From Candidatus Cloacimonadales bacterium (GTDB lineage: Bacteria > Cloacimonadota > Cloacimonadia > Cloacimonadales > JAFGVF01), in assembly GCA_963667035.1 (NCBI GenBank), contig OY762964.1, positions 288,001-352,000 on the forward strand: a DNA stretch of 64,000 bases, given 5' to 3'. Numbering within the stretch: the stretch's first letter is position 1; every line of letters begins with the position of its first letter. This document shows, in pieces, positions 36,160-44,512 of the stretch. A program made the position numbers and the translations under genes. The notes under the pieces were generated by a model. The model did no database searches and was not told where the DNA came from. It worked only from the letters and a program-made list of their open reading frames with translations.

Positions 36160-36909
36160 TTAATTATTCAAGACTGATTTAAAGAACTCATCGGCACATT
36201 CAATAATAATATCTTTATCATAGTCCATAGTTGCCACATGATAAGAATTATCTAACCAGATAAGTTTCTTCATATTTGAGCGGATGTTCTCATAAGTCCA
36301 TTCTGCACTTACAACAGGGACGACATGATCATCTTTAGACTTGAATATAATAACCGGTTGTGTCAATTTGTGCAAGTCCAATCTTACCGCTGTTATTAAC
36401 TTAAGCATTTGATGAATTCCTTCTAGAGGAGTTTTTTCATAGGCTATCTCTTTTTGAGATTTATCTTTAATGTCTGATGCTATAGGTTTAGTCGTTCTTT
36501 TGATACTTTTGAGAAATGGTATCCACTTCATCATTGGATTCGTAAAAATCATAGCATGATTAATTAGAGCAGCACCTTTTAGAATGGGATATATTTCCAG
36601 CATCCGCATTGAAAGGGTTCCTCCCATAGATAAACCTAGAATGAATACGTTCTTCGTTCTTTTCATACAGTCATCAATGCCCTTTTCTACATCTTTAATC
36701 CAGTCTGTGTATTGAGTGTTCTCAAGGTCTTGCCAGTCTGTTCCATGCCCGCTCAGAGGGGGCATCTCTACGTGATACCCTTTCTCAGCAAACCTTTCTG
36801 CTACGTAAAGCATACTGGAAGTTGTCGAAGTGAAACCATGTACAATAACAACGCCTATGTCTTCTGTTCCTTCATAACTGAACTCATGGTGATGTTTTAA
36901 CAAACTCAT
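36160..36909 (-). CDS. carboxylesterase / monoacylglycerol lipase-like alpha/beta hydrolase
   Basis: HGFT, GHGT, GLSMGG, EIAYEKTP, DDHVVP and NSYHVATMDYD; resembles Bacillus monoacylglycerol lipase. Confidence 0.85.
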   Translation of the reverse strand: MSLLKHHHEFSYEGTEDIGVVIVHGFTSTTSSMLYVAERFAEKGYHVEMPPLSGHGTDWQDLENTQYTDWIKDVEKGIDDCMKRTKNVFILGLSMGGTLSMRMLEIYPILKGAALINHAMIFTNPMMKWIPFLKSIKRTTKPIASDIKDKSQKEIAYEKTPLEGIHQMLKLITAVRLDLHKLTQPVIIFKSKDDHVVPVVSAEWTYENIRSNMKKLIWLDNSYHVATMDYDKDIIIECADEFFKSVLNN

Positions 36910-36917
36910 TGTTCCTC

Positions 36918-38420
36918 CTATACTGTAATTGATTTTCTAATAGCTCTTTGCCAGCCATTAACTAATCTATCTATCTCTTTCTTTGAACCCTTGGGTTCCC
37001 ATGCAATATCCCTTTTCTGTATTAACAGTAATTCCTCTTTGCTCCAAAAACCTGATGCAAGTCCTGAGCCAAAAGCTGCTCCTAAACATGTCGTTTCACT
37101 AATTTTAGGTTTAATAACTTCACATTCCAAAATATCCGATAGAAACTGCATAAGTAAAGAGTTAACTGTCATACCACCATCAACTTTCAGTTGTTTAAGC
37201 TCTATCCCTGTATCTGCTTCCATCGCTTTGAATACATCATAAGTCTGATATGCAGTAGCCTCTAACACTGCTCTTGCTAAATGAGAGGAATTGCTATAAT
37301 GAGTGATTCCTGTTATTAAACCTTGAGCATTTGAGTTCCAATAAGGAGCGAATAATCCACTGAAAGCGGGGACACAATATACGCCTCCATTATCTGATGC
37401 TTTTGAGGCAAGAGTCTCAATATCAGCAGATTGTTTTATTAATCCAATGTTATCTCTAAACCATTGAACTAACGAACCGGCTAAAGCAATTGAACCTTCT
37501 AAAGCATAGACAGGTTCTTTATCTTCAATAGAATAAGCAGGAGTTGTTAACAGCCCATTCTCAGAAAGATAAAAATCATGACCAATATTCATTAACAGAA
37601 AAGCTCCTGTACCATAAGTACTTTTAGCTTCTCCTTTTATATAGCAATTCTGTCCGAATAAAGCTGCTTGTTGATCTCCTAAAACAGTGTTAATCATAAC
37701 ACTTGTTTCTTTACCCTTCCATACCAATTTGCCATAACCCTTAGGAGTTATTGAAGGTTTCACTTCAGGTAAAGCAGATCTTGGAACGGAGAAGATATCT
37801 AACAACTCGTCATCCCAATCAAAATCCCTTATATTATATAAGAGAGTTCTTCCTGCATTAGTAACATCTGTAGCATGAACATGTTTTGTTAGATTCCAAA
37901 GCAACCAACTATCCATGGTTCCAATCAATGCATTATCATTCCTTAGAGCAGACTTTACATCACTATTATTATCTATTAACCACTTGATTTTAGATCCTGA
38001 GAAATAAGTAGCAGGGGGTAGTCCTGTCTTCTCTCTGAAAAAATTCTTGCCGTATTTATTATCTAGCTTCTCACATAACTCTGCAGTTCGTGTATCTTGC
38101 CATACTATTGCATTGTAAAGTGGTTTGCCTGTGTGTTTATCCCATATTGTGACAGTTTCTCTTTGATTTGTAATACCTATTGATACTAATTCATTAACTG
38201 AGATTGATGCTTTTGACAATGTTTTGTTAATTGCTTTCTTAGTATTTTCAAGAATCTCTGTAGGGTCTTGTTCAACCCAACCGGGATTTGGATAATATTG
38301 TTTATGTTCTATTTGAGTACTACAAACAATATCTCCTTTATGATTGAAGATTATGAATCTAGAACTTGTTGTTCCTTGGTCAATTGCACCGATATACTTA
38401 TTTGTCTGTAATTTCACCAT
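36918..38420 (-). CDS. glpK: glycerol kinase
   Basis: DQGTTSSR, GITNQRET, WQDTRT, YFSG.K, GDQQAALFGQ, KSTYGTG and VDGG motifs. Confidence 0.96.
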   Translation of the reverse strand: MVKLQTNKYIGAIDQGTTSSRFIIFNHKGDIVCSTQIEHKQYYPNPGWVEQDPTEILENTKKAINKTLSKASISVNELVSIGITNQRETVTIWDKHTGKPLYNAIVWQDTRTAELCEKLDNKYGKNFFREKTGLPPATYFSGSKIKWLIDNNSDVKSALRNDNALIGTMDSWLLWNLTKHVHATDVTNAGRTLLYNIRDFDWDDELLDIFSVPRSALPEVKPSITPKGYGKLVWKGKETSVMINTVLGDQQAALFGQNCYIKGEAKSTYGTGAFLLMNIGHDFYLSENGLLTTPAYSIEDKEPVYALEGSIALAGSLVQWFRDNIGLIKQSADIETLASKASDNGGVYCVPAFSGLFAPYWNSNAQGLITGITHYSNSSHLARAVLEATAYQTYDVFKAMEADTGIELKQLKVDGGMTVNSLLMQFLSDILECEVIKPKISETTCLGAAFGSGLASGFWSKEELLLIQKRDIAWEPKGSKKEIDRLVNGWQRAIRKSITV

Positions 38421-38488
38421 AAGAACTTTGTAACTATATAAATTTATTAGTCAAGAATAATCTCTTTATATGAACAAGAAGAAAAAAA

Positions 38489-40852
38489 CTACAGAAGACT
38501 TATCGGGTCAATATCCAAAGTAGAATGAATAGTTGTTAATTTTGGTCCGTTAGTAAGAATATAATCAATAGCTTTATGTAGCAGAGCTATGCTAGGAGCT
38601 CTAACTATGACATGGTATCTGTAATTATTATTAACTTTGGGAATAGGAGCTTCAATAGGTCCATTTATTATGACTTTGTTATCCAATGTATCGGCGATTA
38701 TCTTAAACATAGGTTGTAAACCAATCATTGATTTTTGGAGTGAATTCTGATTTTTACACTGGTAAACGATTCTTGCCATTTTATAGAATGGGGCATACTT
38801 TAGAGCTTTTCTTAACTCAAGCTCTTCTTTTACAAACAAAGATTGATCTCTCGCCACAGCATATCTAATGGAGTAATGTTCCGGTAGATAAGATTGAATA
38901 ACCACTTCACCGACTTTATCAGCTCTACCCGGGCGTCCTGCAATTTGTATTAGTAACTGGAATGCACGCTCTGAAGCCCTAAAATCAGGGAAACTGAGTG
39001 ATAAATCTGCCGAAATGACTACTGCTAAGGTTACATTGGGAAAATCTAATCCTTTAGCAATCATCTGTGTCCCAAGCAATATGTCAACACTACCTGAAAT
39101 CATTGATTCAAAAAGCTCTTCATGAGCATTTCGTTTTTTTGATGTATCTGAATCTATACGGAGTATGCTTGCTTCGGGAAATCTCTCCTTTAAAATCTCT
39201 TCAATTCTCTGAGTACCGGGAGTTCCAAGTCTAAATTCATAGGAACCACAATTACTGCATTTACGAGGAGGAGGTGTTTCTAATCCGCAATAATGGCACA
39301 CGAGCTTATTCAAGTCCTTATGATAGTGCATGCTGATATCACAGTTATTGCATTTTACTATTTCACCACAAGAAGTGCATTGGATGTAAGCGGAAAAAGC
39401 TCTTCTGTTATGAAGTATCATGATTTGTTCTTTTGCTTTCAAACGATCCGCAATCTTATTGATAAGATATGGGGAAAATATAGTTCCCTTTGCTTCTTTT
39501 CTCATGTCTACCAGAGTAATTTTAGGCTCTTTATGCTTAGTTGGTCTGTGAGTCAATTTCAAGAGCTTGTACTTACTTGTGAAGACATTATTGAACGACT
39601 CCAAACTTGGGGTAGCACTTCCTAAAATTACAGGACAATTATGAGCTTTTGCTCTCACGATAGCAATATCTCTTGCATTATAGCGAGGAGCAATATCTTG
39701 CTTATAACTTTGATCGTGCTCTTCATCAACAACAATCAAACCAAGATTGGCTAAAGGAGCAAAAATTGCGCTTCTTACTCCTACTACTATTCTTGTGAAA
39801 CCATTGTTTATTCTTTTCCACTCTTCATACCGAGCTCTATCTGAAAGACCGCTATGTAGAATAGATACACTGTTTCCAAAGACAGCTTTAAATCTGGTTG
39901 CAGTTTGGGGTGTAAGAGAGATTTCAGGTATTAATACAATACCTGTTTTACCATTATTCAGTACCTCTTTCAGCACTCTGATATACACTTCTGTTTTACC
40001 ACTTCCTGTAATTCCGTGTAAAAGGAATGGAGAAAACTCTTTAAGATTGGAAGTGACTTTCCCAATGGCTTCTTCTTGCTCTTTTGAGAGTTGTATGCTT
40101 TCGTCTTGTTTATAAGATCTATCTAATTGAAACCCATCAGGACAAGGTAGTGAAACAGCCTTAATTGCACCTTTTTTCTCCAAGGCTCTTATCACATAAG
40201 AAGAGAATCTCTTATTAAGAGAATTCTTTGGATACATTCCATCTTTCTCAAGTAAGAAATCCATTACTATTGTTTGCAAATCAGTAAGTTTTACTTCTCG
40301 GTTATTTATCTTTAAGTAAGTGCAAACTTTATCATTTACTTTCTGAGGATATCTACGCTCAATTTGTATCAGATCTTGTTGTTCTAATTCTAGTATTCTG
40401 GAATAGAAGTTACCTGTTTTTGATTCACGTCGGATTTTATTCAGCTTATGCTTTTTATTCTTGTCTAGCTCTGAAAGGTATTGAGTGAGATTATCAATAA
40501 TTGGAAAATCCTTCAGAACAATAACATCTTGCATTATCTCAAGATTAAAGGCTGGCGGAAGAATCGAAAAAAGAGCTTTCCCAAGACTGCAAAAGTAGTA
40601 ATTGCTTATCCATGAGGCTAGTTTATAGAGTTGTGTATTTATTAAGGGGTCTTCATCAATAATCTCTATGACAGGTTTATACTTAATGGTAGAATCAAGA
40701 ATTGATTCATCAACTTCTTCTCCGGCTATTCCAACTTTAATGATATTCTGGAAAGGAACGATCAATCTCGCTCCTTTCTTAATTGGAGTAAAGGAGTAAT
40801 AATGAAAAGTGGTATCAATATCAATATTCAAGTATACTTCATAATAAATCAT
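38489..40852 (-). CDS. priA: primosomal protein N' (replication restart helicase)
   Basis: GITGSGKTEVY, PEISLTPQ, DEEH, four CxxC motifs and GTQMIAKGLDFP. Confidence 0.96.
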   Translation of the reverse strand: MIYYEVYLNIDIDTTFHYYSFTPIKKGARLIVPFQNIIKVGIAGEEVDESILDSTIKYKPVIEIIDEDPLINTQLYKLASWISNYYFCSLGKALFSILPPAFNLEIMQDVIVLKDFPIIDNLTQYLSELDKNKKHKLNKIRRESKTGNFYSRILELEQQDLIQIERRYPQKVNDKVCTYLKINNREVKLTDLQTIVMDFLLEKDGMYPKNSLNKRFSSYVIRALEKKGAIKAVSLPCPDGFQLDRSYKQDESIQLSKEQEEAIGKVTSNLKEFSPFLLHGITGSGKTEVYIRVLKEVLNNGKTGIVLIPEISLTPQTATRFKAVFGNSVSILHSGLSDRARYEEWKRINNGFTRIVVGVRSAIFAPLANLGLIVVDEEHDQSYKQDIAPRYNARDIAIVRAKAHNCPVILGSATPSLESFNNVFTSKYKLLKLTHRPTKHKEPKITLVDMRKEAKGTIFSPYLINKIADRLKAKEQIMILHNRRAFSAYIQCTSCGEIVKCNNCDISMHYHKDLNKLVCHYCGLETPPPRKCSNCGSYEFRLGTPGTQRIEEILKERFPEASILRIDSDTSKKRNAHEELFESMISGSVDILLGTQMIAKGLDFPNVTLAVVISADLSLSFPDFRASERAFQLLIQIAGRPGRADKVGEVVIQSYLPEHYSIRYAVARDQSLFVKEELELRKALKYAPFYKMARIVYQCKNQNSLQKSMIGLQPMFKIIADTLDNKVIINGPIEAPIPKVNNNYRYHVIVRAPSIALLHKAIDYILTNGPKLTTIHSTLDIDPISLL

Positions 40853-40884
40853 GATTCCAACCAATTTAGCTTTTAATAAAAGTC

Positions 40885-40919
40885 AAAAAAAAACAGCTTT
40901 GCTAAAGCAAAGCTGTTTT
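40885..40919 (-). terminator. intrinsic terminator closing the 8-gene operon
   Basis: AAAACAGCTTTGCT-AA-AGCAAAGCTGTTTT hairpin with a long U-tract on the minus strand. Confidence 0.85.
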
Positions 40920-40934
40920 ATAATTATAAGATTC

Positions 40935-42437
40935 CTAGCTACGAAGCATAAGCTTAAATCCATAGCCGAGAGATTCTTTAAGTTTCATAGGGAACTTCCA
41001 ACCAAGAACTATGTCTCTTGCTTTCTTTAAGAAGTCAGGAGTAAATACACTACCTGCTGAGCCTTCAATTCCTGCTTCAGTAATGTTACCGTTAACATCA
41101 ACCTCAATAGTAACATTGAGGATACCATAGATGTTTTGGATCTGACGTTCTTTCTCAAAAAGCTGAACAATCTGTTTCTTTCGAATATTCACGAAACGTT
41201 TAATTCTTTCAAAGTTACCTTTTTCCTGAGCACTTAGCTCTTCTTTAGGACCTTCTTCACTAACAACTTTAATGTTCCTAGCTTTGAAACTAGCTATCAT
41301 AGCAACAGCAGTTTTACCACTCAATACTTGAACATTACCTGCTGTAATTGAAGCACCGCCTCCTGCTAATTGTGAAAGGTCAGTTATGGCTGATCCTGCA
41401 CCTTTGAGCTCTGATTGAGTCATTAGAGATGCTGCCCCAACTTGTGAAAGAACAGCTGCGGAGTTATCTAAACCGCCGGCTCCTCCACCAATGCCAGGAC
41501 CTGCACCAGGACCACCACCAGGTTTACCGGGACCTTTGCCTTTACCTTTTCCTGGACCTCGTCCACCACCGCTACCTCCGGCAGCTGCAGCGACAATAGT
41601 CTCAGAAGTAACAGCAAATGCTGGTCCTTTTACTTCAACAAGATCCTTTGTCTCTGATACATCGAAACCTAGAAGAGATTGTGCCATAGCAGCAGCTGCA
41701 GCACTTCTTTCTCCGGCTGACATTTCAGAAATACTTGGACCTTTTTCAGTAACTTCTTCTGTAGGTATTTCTTCATCAGTTTGAGCCTGACCTGTATCTT
41801 GTTCAAGATCTGCAAAACTAGTTCCAATTTGAGATTTAGTGGCAGCTTGAGATTCTCTAATTGCAGCAAGTCTGCTTTCAAGAGTATTCTCAAATACCGG
41901 TGGCCTGTAAGTTCTACTGAATACTGCCATACCGATAAACGAGATTATCATAGCAATAATAATAAAGTTTCTTGTAAATCGTGCTTCTGAAGTTAATTCC
42001 TCAAAACGATGATATTGCTTAATGATTGTCTCCTGCTGTTTTGTATAAGTAGGAGTATAAGGATCACCAAAGCTATAGGTGATTTCATAATCATCATTTA
42101 GTTGTATTGTACCACTTGTTTCCGGTGATAAAACAAATTTGGTACCGTTAAGAAGGTTCTTCTTCTTTAACTCATCCAAAGTCATTTCTTGATTATCACC
42201 TTTAACAATGTTAAGCTTCATATCTTTTGTGAGCATTACATTGAAAGTATTGCTTTGCTTAACAACGAAAAGATGCTTATCAGGAAATTTGGGGTCTATA
42301 ATCTGCCAGAACATTTTGCTATCTTTACCAAGATACATTTTATTCGCAATTAATGACTCCTTATTTCCTATGGATGCGGCATAATTAATCTGTTTACCAC
42401 GGAAGTAAAGGCGCATTCTTAATACTTTTTCACTCAT
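40935..42437 (-). CDS. TonB-like energy transducer with AgmX/PglI-type C-terminal domain (GltG-like)
   Basis: Cytoplasmic beta-rich N-domain, single TM (FIIIAMIISFIGMAVF), Gly/Pro/Lys linker, and C-terminal I.R.V......I...FE......G...V...V...G.I.....I..WKFP. Confidence 0.75.
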   Translation of the reverse strand: MSEKVLRMRLYFRGKQINYAASIGNKESLIANKMYLGKDSKMFWQIIDPKFPDKHLFVVKQSNTFNVMLTKDMKLNIVKGDNQEMTLDELKKKNLLNGTKFVLSPETSGTIQLNDDYEITYSFGDPYTPTYTKQQETIIKQYHRFEELTSEARFTRNFIIIAMIISFIGMAVFSRTYRPPVFENTLESRLAAIRESQAATKSQIGTSFADLEQDTGQAQTDEEIPTEEVTEKGPSISEMSAGERSAAAAAMAQSLLGFDVSETKDLVEVKGPAFAVTSETIVAAAAGGSGGGRGPGKGKGKGPGKPGGGPGAGPGIGGGAGGLDNSAAVLSQVGAASLMTQSELKGAGSAITDLSQLAGGGASITAGNVQVLSGKTAVAMIASFKARNIKVVSEEGPKEELSAQEKGNFERIKRFVNIRKKQIVQLFEKERQIQNIYGILNVTIEVDVNGNITEAGIEGSAGSVFTPDFLKKARDIVLGWKFPMKLKESLGYGFKLMLRS

Positions 42438-42448
42438 AGTATACTCCT

Positions 42449-43012
42449 CTAAATCTTCGAAGGCATAGTAAGCACACTTGCTCTATTTTCTTCATGTTTT
42501 GAAGCAAAATAAATATTAGAGAACTTTGCTTTAGCTGCAATATAAACCAGTTCAGTAATAATTTGACAAGGTGTTGAATAATCAGCCTGAATAATTAAGA
42601 GGGGAGCAAGATCAGGATTAGAACTTATAAGTGCCTCAACCTCAGTTTCAAGATATGTCTTCAGATTTTCTCTGGTATTCTGATCATTGACAATCTGTTC
42701 TAATGTACCAACAGGAGTATTGTCAGTACCCACATATATATTATCGGGATATACTTTCACAAGTAATGTTCTTGTAGAGCTCTCATCATACTCTTCTTGA
42801 GTCAGAGTTGTAGGGAACTCTAATCCCTTGGGTTGACTTAAGACCTGTGCAGTCATGTTAACATTCTTAATCAGGAAAACAAGTAGGATAGTGAGGATAT
42901 CAACCAGTGAGGTAATGTTCAACTGTTTGACTTTACCTTTGTTATTCTTAGCACGTGCATAACCTTCTTCTTCAAAATCATCTTCAAGTTCAAAGTTTCT
43001 ATTTCTTAACAT
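42449..43012 (-). CDS. ExbD/TolR family protein (AglS-like)
   Basis: TM LNITSLVDILTILLVFLIK with the conserved Asp; periplasmic LIIQAD motif. Start at ATG 43012 after GAGG. Confidence 0.88.
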   Translation of the reverse strand: MLRNRNFELEDDFEEEGYARAKNNKGKVKQLNITSLVDILTILLVFLIKNVNMTAQVLSQPKGLEFPTTLTQEEYDESSTRTLLVKVYPDNIYVGTDNTPVGTLEQIVNDQNTRENLKTYLETEVEALISSNPDLAPLLIIQADYSTPCQIITELVYIAAKAKFSNIYFASKHEENRASVLTMPSKI

Positions 43013-43023
43013 ATGCACCTCTG

Positions 43024-43548
43024 CTATTGCATTTGAACGAGTTTACGACGTTGATAAGCAACATCTGGGAATCTTACTTTTCCGTCTTCAGTAGACATCT
43101 TGCAAATATCAATTATTCTTAGTAAATGCTCATATTTAACATTATCATAAGGAGTAATTTTAATAGTTTGCTGTTCAGGATTCCTTTTCTTAACTCCATC
43201 AAGGTATTTATCCAATTCTACATAATTGAAATCATCTATGAACTTACGTTTCTTATCAAGCTCTTCAATAACTTCAATTCCTCGAGTAAACTTACCGTCT
43301 ACTTCGTCATTATATATGACTAGGTCAACGGCATATACTTTTTCATCTTCACCGCCTCCACCGTCTCCTGAACCTCCTGCATCCGCGCCTGAAAAATTCA
43401 GAGCAAGAAGTGTTACTTGCACGGATACAACCATGAAAAGCAACATCGGAATGATGGTTAAAAAGAGATTCATGATCGGCACAAGGTTTGGCGGATCAGT
43501 TGAGTGGGAAGCTTTATTGCTTCTACTTTGAGACGGTCTATAAGCCAT
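43024..43548 (-). CDS. ExbD/TolR family protein (AglQ-position) with Asn at the TM Asp site
   Basis: TM PNLVPIMNLFLTIIPMLL; periplasmic ITP..NVKYEHLLRIID...FP. Confidence 0.85.
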   Translation of the reverse strand: MAYRPSQSRSNKASHSTDPPNLVPIMNLFLTIIPMLLFMVVSVQVTLLALNFSGADAGGSGDGGGGEDEKVYAVDLVIYNDEVDGKFTRGIEVIEELDKKRKFIDDFNYVELDKYLDGVKKRNPEQQTIKITPYDNVKYEHLLRIIDICKMSTEDGKVRFPDVAYQRRKLVQMQ

Positions 43549-43550
43549 TA

Positions 43551-44285
43551 TTATTCCTTAATATTAGCGTTAATCTTATTAATCATTTTAACACTGTATT
43601 CATCAATGTCATTCATGATTTTTTCTGCTCTGTTTCTAAGGGCACCTTGAATCAATGTTGTAGGGATAGCAACGATAAGACCCATACCTGTTGTACCCAT
43701 CGCAGCTTTAATACCACCGGTAAGAGCTTCTTGTTGTTCTGTACCAACTTTACCTTCAAGAGAACTGAAAGCAAGGATAAGACCGTAAATAGTACCAAGA
43801 AGACCGGTAAGAGTAGAAATATTAGCGATGATTTCAAACCAGAAAAGACCGGACTCAATTTTTGGAATCTTCTGTAACGAAGCTTCATCAAATGCTCTTT
43901 GAACTGATCTTTTGAGTTCCATACCTTTTACACCGCTTTTCTGCTGATCAACAAACACTTTCAAACCACTCCAGAAGATAAATCCAAGTGTAGTTTTCTT
44001 GAATGCTTCTGTAATTTTGATAGCTTCATTGTAGTTTTCTGATTTAACATACCCTTGTAACTTCAAGTAGAAATTACGAGTATCAATTTTTTCATCGAGG
44101 AAGAGTTTTTTGAATTTAACAAATCCATAAACTATAGCAATTATAAGATAGCCGAGGATGATATAAGCCCAGAATGATGACTCTTTCCATACTGATGCAA
44201 AATCCAATCCACCGGTTGGAGCTGCAAATAATGATACTCCCATTAATATCAGCAATGCAACTAAAAACAATCTCTTACTTTTCAT
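43551..44285 (-). CDS. MotA/TolQ/ExbB proton channel protein (AglR-like)
   Basis: IANISTLTGLLGTIYGLI.AF and GIKAAMGTTGMGLIVAIP helices. Confidence 0.92.
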   Translation of the reverse strand: MKSKRLFLVALLILMGVSLFAAPTGGLDFASVWKESSFWAYIILGYLIIAIVYGFVKFKKLFLDEKIDTRNFYLKLQGYVKSENYNEAIKITEAFKKTTLGFIFWSGLKVFVDQQKSGVKGMELKRSVQRAFDEASLQKIPKIESGLFWFEIIANISTLTGLLGTIYGLILAFSSLEGKVGTEQQEALTGGIKAAMGTTGMGLIVAIPTTLIQGALRNRAEKIMNDIDEYSVKMINKINANIKE

Positions 44286-44299
44286 GCTTTCTCCTTTTT

Positions 44300-44512
44300 C
44301 TAATATAAATTTCTATTCGACTCTTTTAACTTCATTAGTAGAAACTTATGATACTTGTTATTGTATTCGGTTTTCTTACGGAGAAGGTTTGATTCAATCT
44401 TTGGAGCTTTTCGGATTTCAGCTTCAAATACTTCAGTTTCCGTAAAGGTAACCGATTTCACTAATGAAAAAGCCAAAACTAATAGTAAAACTGAGAGAAT
44501 CTTCTTCTTCAT
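44300..44512 (-). CDS. small secreted protein (GltF-like position and size)
   Basis: 70 aa with a signal peptide; ATG overlaps the upstream TAA; GGAGG/GGAG RBS. Confidence 0.7.
   Translation of the reverse strand: MKKKILSVLLLVLAFSLVKSVTFTETEVFEAEIRKAPKIESNLLRKKTEYNNKYHKFLLMKLKESNRNLY

Noticed and set aside
40935..44285. Ordinary TonB-ExbBD or TolQRA locus
   Set aside because: Two dissimilar ExbDs, a transducer with a large cytoplasmic N-domain, co-transcribed TPR and barrel genes, and no TonB-dependent receptor or tolB/pal fit an Agl-Glt-like core better.
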